Shown: in pieces, positions 39,127 through 48,900 of the stretch | Position numbering within the stretch: the first letter of the stretch is position 1 | Layout of the letters: each line of letters begins with the position of its first letter | NCBI GenBank assembly: GCA_038231135.1 | Contig: JBBRLX010000014.1 | Coordinates: 28,604-92,603, forward strand | Length of the DNA stretch: 64,000 nucleotides | Reading direction: 5' to 3' | Source of the DNA: Candidatus Eiseniibacteriota bacterium | GTDB taxonomy: Bacteria > Eisenbacteria > RBG-16-71-46 | Translations under genes and position numbers: made by a program | The notes under the pieces: model-generated | Database searches by the model: none | What the model saw: the letters and a program-made list of their open reading frames with translations, nothing else | Told to the model about the DNA's origin: nothing

Positions 39127-39142
39127 GCAGCTTCCGTACCAG
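39127..39142 (-). promoter_or_regulatory. Putative sigma54 promoter
   Basis: CTGGTACGGAAGCTGC (GG-N10-GC), about 85 bp upstream of ATG 39041 and divergent from the activator gene. Confidence 0.6.
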
Positions 39143-39705
39143 CCTCGAACCCCCGGGCAGATTGCAACGTCGGGTTTTGTCGCCATTGCGGCAGCGAGAC
39201 TTGTGCGCCAGCGCACCTCCGAACGCCGGACCCCGTCCCGAAGCGGTCTGGTAAGTCTCACATTCGATCACCCCTTTGGAACAAACCCGGGGAATCCTCA
39301 CGCAGATTGGAATGACTCGTACAACCATAAGCCCTGCAAAGCGATCCGCGCTTCGGCGTCGTATTCGGCGATCCAAGCGCATGATTCGTCCAAAACTCAA
39401 TATTTTGCAGTTGGTTACGCTAGTTCGTTGATTACGGCGATAATCGTCGGAAATCGGGTTAGGACAAATCATGTATCTTGCTTACCCACAATGGTTTCCA
39501 TCGCCACATCCACACGAAAAATACTCTTGATTTGCTCCGATTTCGTGTGTAGCTTCATGAACTGCAGCGTGCCTCACGACGATTCGCCCCCCGCGGGTAC
39601 TGCCGTGTTTCTCCGGAACTGAACGCTGCGACAGCACACGTCAGACCGGTTCTCAGCACGGCCGGAACCAAAGGAGACGACCGCGTCCCCTCGCGCGTCC
39701 GACGG

Positions 39706-42700
39706 ATGGAACGTTTCGCAGGGCGCTACCGGCTGCTTCGCCGCCTCGGCCATGGCGGTATGGGTGAGGTGTTTCTCGCGCGCGACCTCGCGTCCGGCGC
39801 CGAGTGCGCGGTCAAGCGGTTGCACGCTCACCAGGCCGCACACGCCGAATCCCTGAAGCGCGAATTCGAAGCGCTCACCCGGCTCCGCCATCCCACCATC
39901 GTCGCGGTGCACGACTTCGCCACCACGGCGGCGGGCATTCCGTACCTGGTGATGGAGTACGTCGCGGGCCTGCCGGCGGATCAGGCGCTGACGCGGGGCG
40001 ACTGGGCATCGCTCTACGCCGTGGCCGCGCGCATGACCGAGGGCCTCGAGGCGTTGCACGCGGCGGGTGTCGTGCACGGCGATCTCAAGCCGTCGAACGT
40101 GCTCGTGATCCCCGGTCCGGCCGGGGCGCCGGTGCACGACGTGAAGCTCGTGGACTTCGGACTCGCCGGCCTGCGCTCGAATGAGGGTTCCGGCAGCCGC
40201 GGCACTCCCGGGTTCGCCGCCCCCGAGGTCGTCGCGGGCGCGGCGCCGACGGCGGCCTCGGATCTGTACGGCCTCGGGGCCACGCTATATGCGCTGATCG
40301 CCGGGCGCCGCCCCTTCGAGGGCGAGCATCGCTCGAGCATCCTGGAGCAGCAGCGGCAGGGACCTCCGCGCGCCCACGAGCTCGAGCAGTCCGGGGCGCC
40401 GCAGCCGCTGATCGAAATGGTGCTGGCGCTACTGGCGCCCGAGCCCGCCGAACGTCCGCGGGACGCGCGTGAAGTGCGCCGCGAGATCGAGCGCATCCAT
40501 CGCGGCGTGCGGCGGCCGCTCGCCGATCATCTGCAGGCGGCGACGCTCGTCGGCCGCGAGCGTGAGCTGGCCCGGCTGGAGCAATGGATCGGGCAGACAC
40601 CGGTCCGGCCGCCGATCACGTTCGTGACCGGCGAGACCGGCATCGGCACCACGGCACTGCTGCGGGAGCTCGCGACGCGATCGGCGCTCGAGGGCCGGCC
40701 GGTACTCTCGCTGTCGTGCGCGGCGCTGCCCGAGCCGGGCGCCACGGCTCGCAGCCTCGTCGAGCTGCTGGTCACACACGACGAGGGCGGCGCAACGAGT
40801 CCGCTGCCGGCGGTCTCGCCGGCGGACGACACGGCGCCGTGGGTCGAGGCGGCGGCGGCCGCGGCCGACCGGCTGGCCGCCCGGCCGTTTCTCGTGCTGC
40901 TCGACGACGGCGATCATCTCGATTCCGTCTCGGCCGCGTTCCTGCGCCGGCTGGCGCTGCGCGAACCGGCGGTTCCGCTCATCTGGATCATCGCGCGATC
41001 CCGGGCTGCCGAGGCAGAACACGATCGCCTGCTCATCGAGTCGCGTCTCGCGCAGCGGGTTGTGCTGGGACCGCTGCCCGAGCCGGACGTGCGCCGGCTG
41101 GCCGCGGCTCGGCTCGGCGGCGAGGTCCCGGAGCAGATCGCCGGCTTCCTGTGGCGCAACGGCGAAGGACATCCCGGGCTCACCCTCGACCTGCTTCGCG
41201 GCCTGGTCGACCGCGGGGCGCTCACCGACAGCGATCTCGGCCTGCTGGTGAATGAGGACCGGCTCGCGGACATGCCCAGCGCGGGGGACTACGTCCGCGC
41301 ACGGCTCGCGCGACTCGAGTCGACGACGCCGGCGCGACGCGCGCTGGTGGCGTCGCTCGCCGTGTGCGGTCCCGCGCTCCCGGTCGACGAGCTCCACCGT
41401 CTCGTGCCGGGCGTCGGCGATAATGACGTCAAATGGGCGATCGCCGAGGGCATGGCGGTGCGCGACCCGCTGGGCCGGTTGCTGCTGCATCCGCCCTCGT
41501 TTGGCCCGCACGTGGAGGCGGCGCTCGACGAGGCCGCGCGCACGGCCCTGCATCGCGCCGGGCTCGCGTTGCCGGGCCGGACGCCGCGCCAGCGGTTCGC
41601 GCACCTGCGGGCGACTGGCGATACCGCGCGCGCGCTCGCCGAGGCCGCGGCGGCGTTCGCGCAGCGTCCGGACGTCGAGCTCGCGATCGTCGCGGCGTCG
41701 ATGGCCGACGCCGCGGACCCCGCCGCATCGGGGACGTGGCACGCGCGCGCCGCCGAACTGCTGCGTTCCCGCGGCCGCTACGCGGCGGCGATTCCGCACC
41801 TGCGCAGCGCACTCGCCGCGACCGCGTCCGGGCAGTCGCCCGTGGCTCGCGACGAACTCTGGCTCACGCTCAGTACGGCGACGCTGCGCACCGGCGACCC
41901 GCGGGGCACCGTGGCCGTCGTCGCCGAAGCCCAGCAGGCGGGGCCGGCGCCGGCGCTGCACGCCCGGCTGCTCGGCAACCGCGCGGCAGCCCACGCCATG
42001 CTGGGCGACGATGCCGCAGCGGCCGAGGACGCCGCCGAAGCGCTGGCGCGGGCGATGGCGGTCGACGATCCGCTGGCGGAGGGCATGGCGGCCGACATCG
42101 AGGTCAATCTGGCGCGGGCGCGAGGCCGCCTGGACGTGGCGCTGCAGTGGGCGCAGCGGGCCGCCGCCGCGTACGGTCGCGCCGGCAGTGCGCTCGGCGT
42201 GATCCGCTCGATGGGTCACCGGGCCTCGATTACCCGCGAACTCGGAGATCTGGACGGAGCCGAGCAACTCTCGCGCGCGGCGGTCGAAGTGGCTCGCGGC
42301 GGCGAGAATCGCCTGCCGCTCACCGAGCAACTCCTCAGGCTCGCGGCGGTGCTGGTGGAATCGGGCCGCTGGTCCGAGGCGCGCACGGCCTGCGCCGAGG
42401 CGCTGCGGCTCGCGATGGAGGACGGGCGCTCGATCGAAGTGTCGGTGGCCATGACGCATCTCGGGCAGATCGAGGGCCTGCTGGGCCGCCCGGCAGCGGC
42501 CCGGCGGCATTCACGCGCCGCCGTCCGGCTCACGGCGCGCCATCAGCCGTCCTTGAGTTCCTATGCCTGGCGCTCGCTCGCCCAGGCCGAACGGATCGGC
42601 GGCCGCCTCGGGCTCGCGGCGGTCGCCGCGCGTCGCGCGCGCGAGCGGCTGCGCGAGGACTCGATCGTCGAGTCCCGGTGGTGCAGCATCGAATACGGCC

Positions 42701-44740
42701 GCGCGCTCGCGCAGCGCGAGCTGTGGACCGAGGCGGGTGCGGTGTGGGACGCGGCGCTGGACCAGGTCAGCGTGTCCTCGAGTCCCGAGACCGCGCTGCT
42801 CATGGTGCTGGCTGGCCGCGCTGCGCTGCGCCGCAATGCCATCGACGAGGCCGAGACCCGCCGCGCCGGCGCCGAGGAATGGGTGTCACGCCACCGGCTG
42901 CCGTGGATCTCGTCCCATCTCCGCCTGCTCGACGCCGAGCTGGAGTTCGCGCGCGGGCTGCTGCGGGAGGGACTCGAGCACGCGAAGGCGGCGCTCGCCG
43001 GGTTCGCCGCGCTGTCGGCTCCGGCCGAGCGCGCCGCCGCGATCCTCGCGATCGCGCATCGCGCTCCGGCGCTCCCCGACGCGCGCGAGATGGTGGTCGC
43101 CTGGCTGGACGACGCCGTGCGCATCTTCGAGCGCATCGGCGATCGCAACGGCCGCGAACGCGCGCTCACGATCTCGGTCGAATGGCTGCGGCGCTCCGCG
43201 ACCGCGAGCACGGTGATCCGCGATCAGGGGCTGATCGAGCGGGTGTGCTGGCTGCTCAATTCCCTCACCGACCTCGACGAGCTGATGCGCCGCGCGATGC
43301 GCTCCGCCGTGGAGCAACTCGACGCCGAGCGCGGCGTGCTGCTGCTCGCCGACCCCGAGACCGGTCAGCTCGTTCCCACCGCCGAATACGGGCCCATCGA
43401 GCCGAGCACCCGGGCCGAGGCGCTCGGCTACAGCCGGCGGGTCGTGCAGCACGTGACCCGCGGCGGGGACAGCCTGCTGGTCGTCGACGCGGATTCCGAC
43501 CCGCGCGCCGCGAGCGAGAGCGTGGCGGACATGCGGCTGCGCTCGATCCTGTGCGTGCCGTTGTTCATGAACGAGCGCCCGATGGGCGCCGTGTATCTCG
43601 ACGATTCCCGGCGCACCCACGCCTTCGCCGAGGCCGACCGCGGCATGATCGAGGGGTTCGCCCACCTGATAGCGGTGGCGATCGAGAAGAGCCGCCACCA
43701 CGACGAGATCCGCCAGGAGAACGAGCGGCTGGGGGGCGAGAACCTGTCGCTGCGGACGGAGGCTGTGACGCGCGTGCGCGCGCAGGGCGTGATCGGGTCC
43801 AGCAGCCCGATGCAACGCGTGCTGGGCATGGTCGAGCACGCGGCCCGCACCGACACCACGGTGCTCGTCACCGGCGAGAATGGCACCGGCAAGGAGGCTG
43901 ATCGCGCGCACGCTGCACCACAGCGGGCGGCGCGCGATGGGCCCGTTCGTCGCGGTCAACTGCGGGGCGCTGCCGGACACGCTCATCGAGAGCGAGTTGT
44001 TCGGCATCCTCGGCAACGTGGCCACCGGCGTTCGCGCCCGACAGGGCAAGTTCACGGCGGCGAACGGCGGGACGTTGTTCCTGGACGAGGTCGGCGACAT
44101 GCCGCTGACGCAGCAGGTGGTGCTGCTGTCGGCGATCGCGAGCAAGGAGGTCACACCGCTCGGCGGCAACAAGCCGCTGCCGCTCGACGTCCGCATCATC
44201 GCGGCGACGAACCGCGACCTGCGGCGCCAGGTCGAGCTGGGCCAGTTCCGCGAGGATCTGTACTACCGGCTGAGCGTGATCGAGGTGGAGGTGCCGGCGC
44301 TCCGCGAGCGCAAGGCCGACATCCCGGCACTCGCGCGGCAGTTCCTCGACCAGTTCGCCCGCCAGCAGGAACGCCAGGCGCCGCGGTTGTCACCGGATTT
44401 CTTCGCGGTGCTGATGCGCAGCGACTGGCCGGGCAACGTGCGCGAACTGCAGAACTACATCGAGCGGCTGCTGGCGATGACCCCCGGCCACTACCTGCGC
44501 CCCGATCCCCCGCCGCGTGATCTCGAGTCGGTGCATACGCGGCGCACGTCGCAGCATCGCGTGCTGCTCGATGCGGTGGGTGACGTCGAGCGCAAGATGC
44601 TGATCGACGCGCTCGAGCGTTCGGGCGGCAACCAGAGCAAGGCCGCCCGTGAATTGGGACTCACAGAGCAATCAGTGCGCTATCGACTCCGCAAGTACAA
44701 CCTCACGCCTCGCCGAAAGAAGCCGTTTCGCCGAAATTAG
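39706..44740 (+). CDS. Ser/Thr kinase - STAND-like NTPase - TPR - GAF - sigma54 AAA+ - Fis HTH fusion (frameshift at ~43897)
   Basis: LGHGGMGEV, HGDLKPSN, DFG; LVGRERELARL..GETGIGTT; TPR region; GAF (SILCVPL..GAVYLD); GENGTGKE, extra G, then LIAR..VNCGALP..ESELFG, LFLDEVG, AATNR, FREDLYYRL, WPGNVREL, NQSKAARELG. Joins ORFs 39706-44520 and 43880-44740. Confidence 0.9.
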
Positions 44741-44910
44741 CGGCATCATGCAACTATTTGATGTCATTTGCGTTCCGCAATATGAATGCCGGCTTCGCGG
44801 TTTTTAGCGAGATGAATCCCGCCCGTAGCCCCGTCCGGCCGCGAGTTCCCAGTGACACAACCCTATGCACTCGTGATACCTAGCGACTTTCGACTGCGAC
44901 CACGCAACGA

Positions 44911-44925
44911 GGGCACGGCATTGGC
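44911..44925 (+). promoter_or_regulatory. Putative sigma54 promoter
   Basis: GGGCACGGCATTGGC (GG-N10-GC, GGCAC core), 50 bp upstream of ATG 44976. Confidence 0.6.
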
Positions 44926-44975
44926 CTTATGCGATAGCGGCGGCGAATTCCCGCCGCTCCTCATGGAGGTCGCAT

Positions 44976-45257
44976 ATGAACCGCATCCCAATGGCCCTGT
45001 TGGCAGTGTGCTGCTCTGCTGCCCTCGTATCGATCGCCCACGCCCAGTCTACCGATCCGAGCGGCGCCGGCGGGGGTCGGTGCACCCTCGCCGGGAGCGA
45101 CACGGGCGGGCCGGCGCAGTCGTGGTCACCGTGGCGCTCGTCATTCCTGACACTGCCGAGCCGCCTGTGGTCGTTCACGCCCCTGGTGTCCTTCCGGATC
45201 CCCTGGACCGCGCGTCCGGGTGTCACGACCGCGATGCGGAGTGTAGTGCGGCGGTAG
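44976..45257 (+). CDS. Small secreted protein (93 aa)
   Basis: RBS GGAGG; signal peptide ending AHA-Q; Trp/Arg/Ser-rich mature part. Confidence 0.65.
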   Translation: MNRIPMALLAVCCSAALVSIAHAQSTDPSGAGGGRCTLAGSDTGGPAQSWSPWRSSFLTLPSRLWSFTPLVSFRIPWTARPGVTTAMRSVVRR

Positions 45258-45430
45258 CACCGCGGGATCGGGGCGCTGGCGCGGTGCCCGCGGGGCAACT
45301 CCTCGGGTCTCTCGGGTCACCATGTGGGCATTCCGTGTCACTCGCGAGCGGGCAGTCAGTTGGTTTGAGCATGAAGTGGTTCCGGCATGGGATGCGCGAG
45401 GTGTCACCTCGCCGAATCGAACGAGGAGCG

Positions 45431-45703
45431 ATGGCGAATACGGGACGGAGGTATTCACGGCAGCAAATGACCACGATCCTCAAGGAGGCGGGCGCCGACA
45501 GCGTGAGAGTCGGCGACGTGTTGCGCCGCCATGGGGTCGCCCCCAAGACCTATTACCGGTGGAAGGCCCGGCTGGGGGCCGTGGTGGTGAGTGATGTGCC
45601 GAGGATTCGCGACCTCGAGGCGGAGAACATCCGGCTCAAGCGCATCGTCGCGGACCAGTCATTGAACATCGAGATTCTCAAGGAGATGCTGGGGAGGGTC
45701 TGA
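45431..45703 (+). CDS. Solo IS3-family OrfA-like HTH/leucine-zipper protein
   Basis: RYSRQQMTTILKEA..VGDVLRRHGV..KTYYRWK..RIRDLEAENIRLKRIVADQSL..LKE; RBS GAGGAG; no OrfB follows. Confidence 0.85.
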   Translation: MANTGRRYSRQQMTTILKEAGADSVRVGDVLRRHGVAPKTYYRWKARLGAVVVSDVPRIRDLEAENIRLKRIVADQSLNIEILKEMLGRV

Positions 45704-45807
45704 CGGTTGGGGCGGCACGCCGCGGGCGTGCCGCTGCCCGCCGCCGGTCCGGGCCAACGTCGCATTCACTTGACCGCCCGCGCCGGTGCCGCGCACGATC
45801 GCCGGCC

Positions 45808-48807
45808 ATGGGAATCATGTGCCGGCCCGCGCGGCCGTTGCGAGGCATGATGGGCGGCGCGGCATTCGTACTGGCCGCGTTCGCGGCCGCCGTGCGGCCC
45901 GCCCCTGCCGCGGCCCAGTCGTACGCGCGCTACGCGGTCCCCGATACCGGACTGGTACGCGTGCTGGCCGCGTCACGGGCCGAATTCGAGGGCGCCTGGA
46001 ACGCGCTGCTGGTGGCGGAAATCCGCTCGACGCTCGTCCGCGCCGATTCCGCGCGCGGCCTCGCGGAGCTCGAACGCCGGATCGCCCGCGCCGAGCCTCA
46101 TGCGCTCGGCACCCGGATCGCGCCCGACGCGCTCGCGTTGCGGCACGGCTGGCAGCGCCGCGGGCTCGGGACGCGGGTGGCGGCGGCGGCCGCGGAGTCG
46201 CTCGCCGCGATCGCCCGCAGCGGTCGCGCCTTCGGTCGCGCGGACTCGCTGCTGCGGGGGGCGCTCGCGGGCTATCGTTCGCTGGGCGAGCGGCGCCGCA
46301 CGGCGTGGGTGCTCGGCAGCCTCGGCGCGAACGCACTGGTCGCGCGCCGTAACACCGAGGCCGCCGCGTGGTACGACACGGCACTCGTGGCGCGGCGCGC
46401 GCTCGGCGACTCGATCCTGATCGGCAACACCCTCAACGATCTCGGGCAGACGTGGCTCCAGCTCGGGCGTCCCGACGCCGCGGCGCGAGTGCTGTCCGAG
46501 GCGGCGGTGCTGCGGGCCGCGCAGGGCCGCCAGGTGCAGCTCGGCGCCACGCTCAATTACATGGGCCTGGCGCTCGCGTCGCTCGGCTTGCCCGATTCGG
46601 CGATCGCGTGCTACCGCCGCTCGCTGGTACTCACCGCGTCGCGCGGCGACAGTCTGAATACGCTGGTGGTGCTCAGCAACTATGCGCTGGTGCTCACCGA
46701 CAACGGACACGCCGGCGAGGCGATCGCCGTGAACGAACGCGCGCTCCACCTCGCGGGCGAGCTCGGCAACACCGGAGCCGCCGCGATCGTCGAGAACAAC
46801 CTGGGCCAGCTCTATCGCAAGGTCGGGCGGTTTTCGGACGCCCTCGCGCACACCGACCGTTCGATCGCGGCGTATGCGGAGCAGGGTGACCTGTCCGAGC
46901 TCGCGCAGGGACTGAGCCGCAAGGGCAACATCCTGATCGCCATCGGGGACCCCACGGCGGCGCGGACCGTGCTCGCCCGCGCGCAATCGGTCGCGGACTC
47001 GCTCGACGATCCCCAGGTGCAGGCGGTCGTGCTCGCGACTTTGGCGATCGCGGCGGAGCAGTTGGGCGACGTGAGCGGCGCCGGGCGGCTGGGCGCTCGT
47101 GCGTTCACGGCCGCGGTGGCGTCGGGAGATTCGGGTACGGTCCACGGCACCGCGGCGACGCTCGGCTTCCTCGCCACCACGCGCCGCGATCCGGCCGAGG
47201 CCGAACGCTGGCTGGAGCGGGCGGTCGCGGCGGGCGCAGACGCCGGCCTGACACCCGAGCAGCGCGCGAACGATCTCACCGGGCTCGCGAACGCCCGCCA
47301 GCTGCAGGGCCGCTACGACGAAGCCGGGCGCGGGCACCAGGAGGCGCTGGAGCTCGCGCGCTCGCACGGGCTCACGAACCAGATGCTGTGGTCGCTGTGT
47401 TCGCTCGGTGACCTCGAGGAGCGGCGTGGCAATCCCGGACTGGCGCTCGCCGAGTACGCGCGGGCAGTCGCGATCGCCGACACGCTGCGCACGCTGCAGC
47501 ATGCCGAGCGCGCGTCGATCTCGCTGTTCGCGAACCGGCTGTTCATGTTCGAGGCGATGATCCACCTGCTCGGGAAGCTCGACGCCGCGCACCCCGACTC
47601 GGGCTACGGCGAGCAGGCGTTCGCGTGGGCGGAGCGGGCGCGGGCCCGCGCCTACCTCGATCTGGTGGCGGCGAGCGGTGCCGGCGGCCGACGGGCGGCG
47701 ACGCTCACGCTGCCCGCGGCGCAGGGCCTGCTGCGCGGCGATCGCGAAGCGCTGCTGGAATACAGCGTCGGCGATTCCAGCACCACGTTGTGGGTGGTGA
47801 GGCGCGATCGCTGGCACCGCTACGTGCTGCCGCCGCGCGCCGTGCTGCAGCCGCGCATCCAGGCGCTGCGCCGCGGCCTGGCCGATCGCAGCGCCTCCGG
47901 CGCGGCGGCCACGCTGCGCATGGCGCATGCGCTCTATGGCGTGCTCGTGGCACCCGCCGAGTCGCTGCTCGCGGGCGTGGACCACCTGATCGTGGCGCCG
48001 GATGGGGCGCTGTCGCTGATCCCGTTCGAAGCGCTGCTCGTACGCCCGCCGCTGGCGTCCGGCGCCGCGCCCCGCGGCGGATTCCTCGTCGAGCGATTTG
48101 CCGTCTCGTACACGCCGTCGGCCTCCGTGCTCGCGACGCTGCGCGCCGGGTCGGGATCGCGGTCGGTCGTGGCGATCGGCAATCCCGACTTCGGTGATTC
48201 CGCCGCCGCGGGCCACGGCGGGCACCGCCTCGAGGCCCTGCCGAACACCGCGGCAGAGCTCGCGATGCTGGCGGCCACCGCCGGCGCGCGCAACGTGACG
48301 ACGCTCAGCCGGCGGGATGCCTGCCGCTCGCGCGTGCTCGGGCTCAAAGCGCTGCCGCACGCCGGCATCGTCCACTTCGCCACCCACGGCGACGTGAACG
48401 AGCTCGAGCCCGAGCGCTCGGGATTGTGGCTCGCCCCGGATCCCGGTGGCTCGGGTCCCAGCCGGATCGAGGTCGCGGACATCATGAAGCTCGAATTGTC
48501 GGCGGACCTGGTGACGCTGTCGGCGTGCGAGACCGGGCTCGGCCGCCTCGAGAGCGGCGAGGGCGTGCTCGGCCTGTCGCGCGCGTTCCTCGCCGCCGGC
48601 GCGCGCAGCGTGGCCGTGAGCCTGTGGCCCGTGAACGACCGCTCGACAGCGCGGCTGATGGCGGCGTTCTACCGCGGGATGCTCGGCCGCGGGGAGCCGC
48701 GAGCGGAGGCGCTCGCCCGCGCGAAGCGCGAACTGATCGCGGCCGCGGATACCCGCGCGCCGTTCTACTGGGCTCCGTTCGTGCTGATCGGCCGCACCCA
48801 GCCGTGA
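45808..48807 (+). CDS. TPR + CHAT (caspase-like) domain protein with signal-peptide-like N-terminus
   Basis: TPR repeats (TLNDLG, TLNYMG, NNLG); APDGAL..IPFEAL, HFATHG, LSACETG, SLWPVND, PFYWAPFVLIG. Confidence 0.92.
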   Translation: MGIMCRPARPLRGMMGGAAFVLAAFAAAVRPAPAAAQSYARYAVPDTGLVRVLAASRAEFEGAWNALLVAEIRSTLVRADSARGLAELERRIARAEPHALGTRIAPDALALRHGWQRRGLGTRVAAAAAESLAAIARSGRAFGRADSLLRGALAGYRSLGERRRTAWVLGSLGANALVARRNTEAAAWYDTALVARRALGDSILIGNTLNDLGQTWLQLGRPDAAARVLSEAAVLRAAQGRQVQLGATLNYMGLALASLGLPDSAIACYRRSLVLTASRGDSLNTLVVLSNYALVLTDNGHAGEAIAVNERALHLAGELGNTGAAAIVENNLGQLYRKVGRFSDALAHTDRSIAAYAEQGDLSELAQGLSRKGNILIAIGDPTAARTVLARAQSVADSLDDPQVQAVVLATLAIAAEQLGDVSGAGRLGARAFTAAVASGDSGTVHGTAATLGFLATTRRDPAEAERWLERAVAAGADAGLTPEQRANDLTGLANARQLQGRYDEAGRGHQEALELARSHGLTNQMLWSLCSLGDLEERRGNPGLALAEYARAVAIADTLRTLQHAERASISLFANRLFMFEAMIHLLGKLDAAHPDSGYGEQAFAWAERARARAYLDLVAASGAGGRRAATLTLPAAQGLLRGDREALLEYSVGDSSTTLWVVRRDRWHRYVLPPRAVLQPRIQALRRGLADRSASGAAATLRMAHALYGVLVAPAESLLAGVDHLIVAPDGALSLIPFEALLVRPPLASGAAPRGGFLVERFAVSYTPSASVLATLRAGSGSRSVVAIGNPDFGDSAAAGHGGHRLEALPNTAAELAMLAATAGARNVTTLSRRDACRSRVLGLKALPHAGIVHFATHGDVNELEPERSGLWLAPDPGGSGPSRIEVADIMKLELSADLVTLSACETGLGRLESGEGVLGLSRAFLAAGARSVAVSLWPVNDRSTARLMAAFYRGMLGRGEPRAEALARAKRELIAAADTRAPFYWAPFVLIGRTQP

Positions 48808-48823
48808 GTCGGGGCCGCGCCTG

Positions 48824-48867
48824 ACCCAGCGAACGGCCACCCCAAAGAGGTGGCCGTTTCGCTGGGT
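48824..48867. terminator. Long hairpin between convergent genes (putative bidirectional terminator)
   Basis: ACCCAGCGAACGGCCACC-loop-GGTGGCCGTTTCGCTGGGT, an 18-bp stem with one bulge. Confidence 0.7.
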
Positions 48868-48900
48868 GAACTCCCGTCCGGCGCGGGTTCGGCCGCCGTG

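Noticed and set aside
43898..44520. C-terminus of the 1604-aa ORF as a novel domain
   Set aside because: Out-of-frame translation after the extra G; the real sequence is in 43880-44740.
45260..45800. Complete IS3 element
   Set aside because: No DDE OrfB, frameshift motif, terminal repeats or target duplication found.
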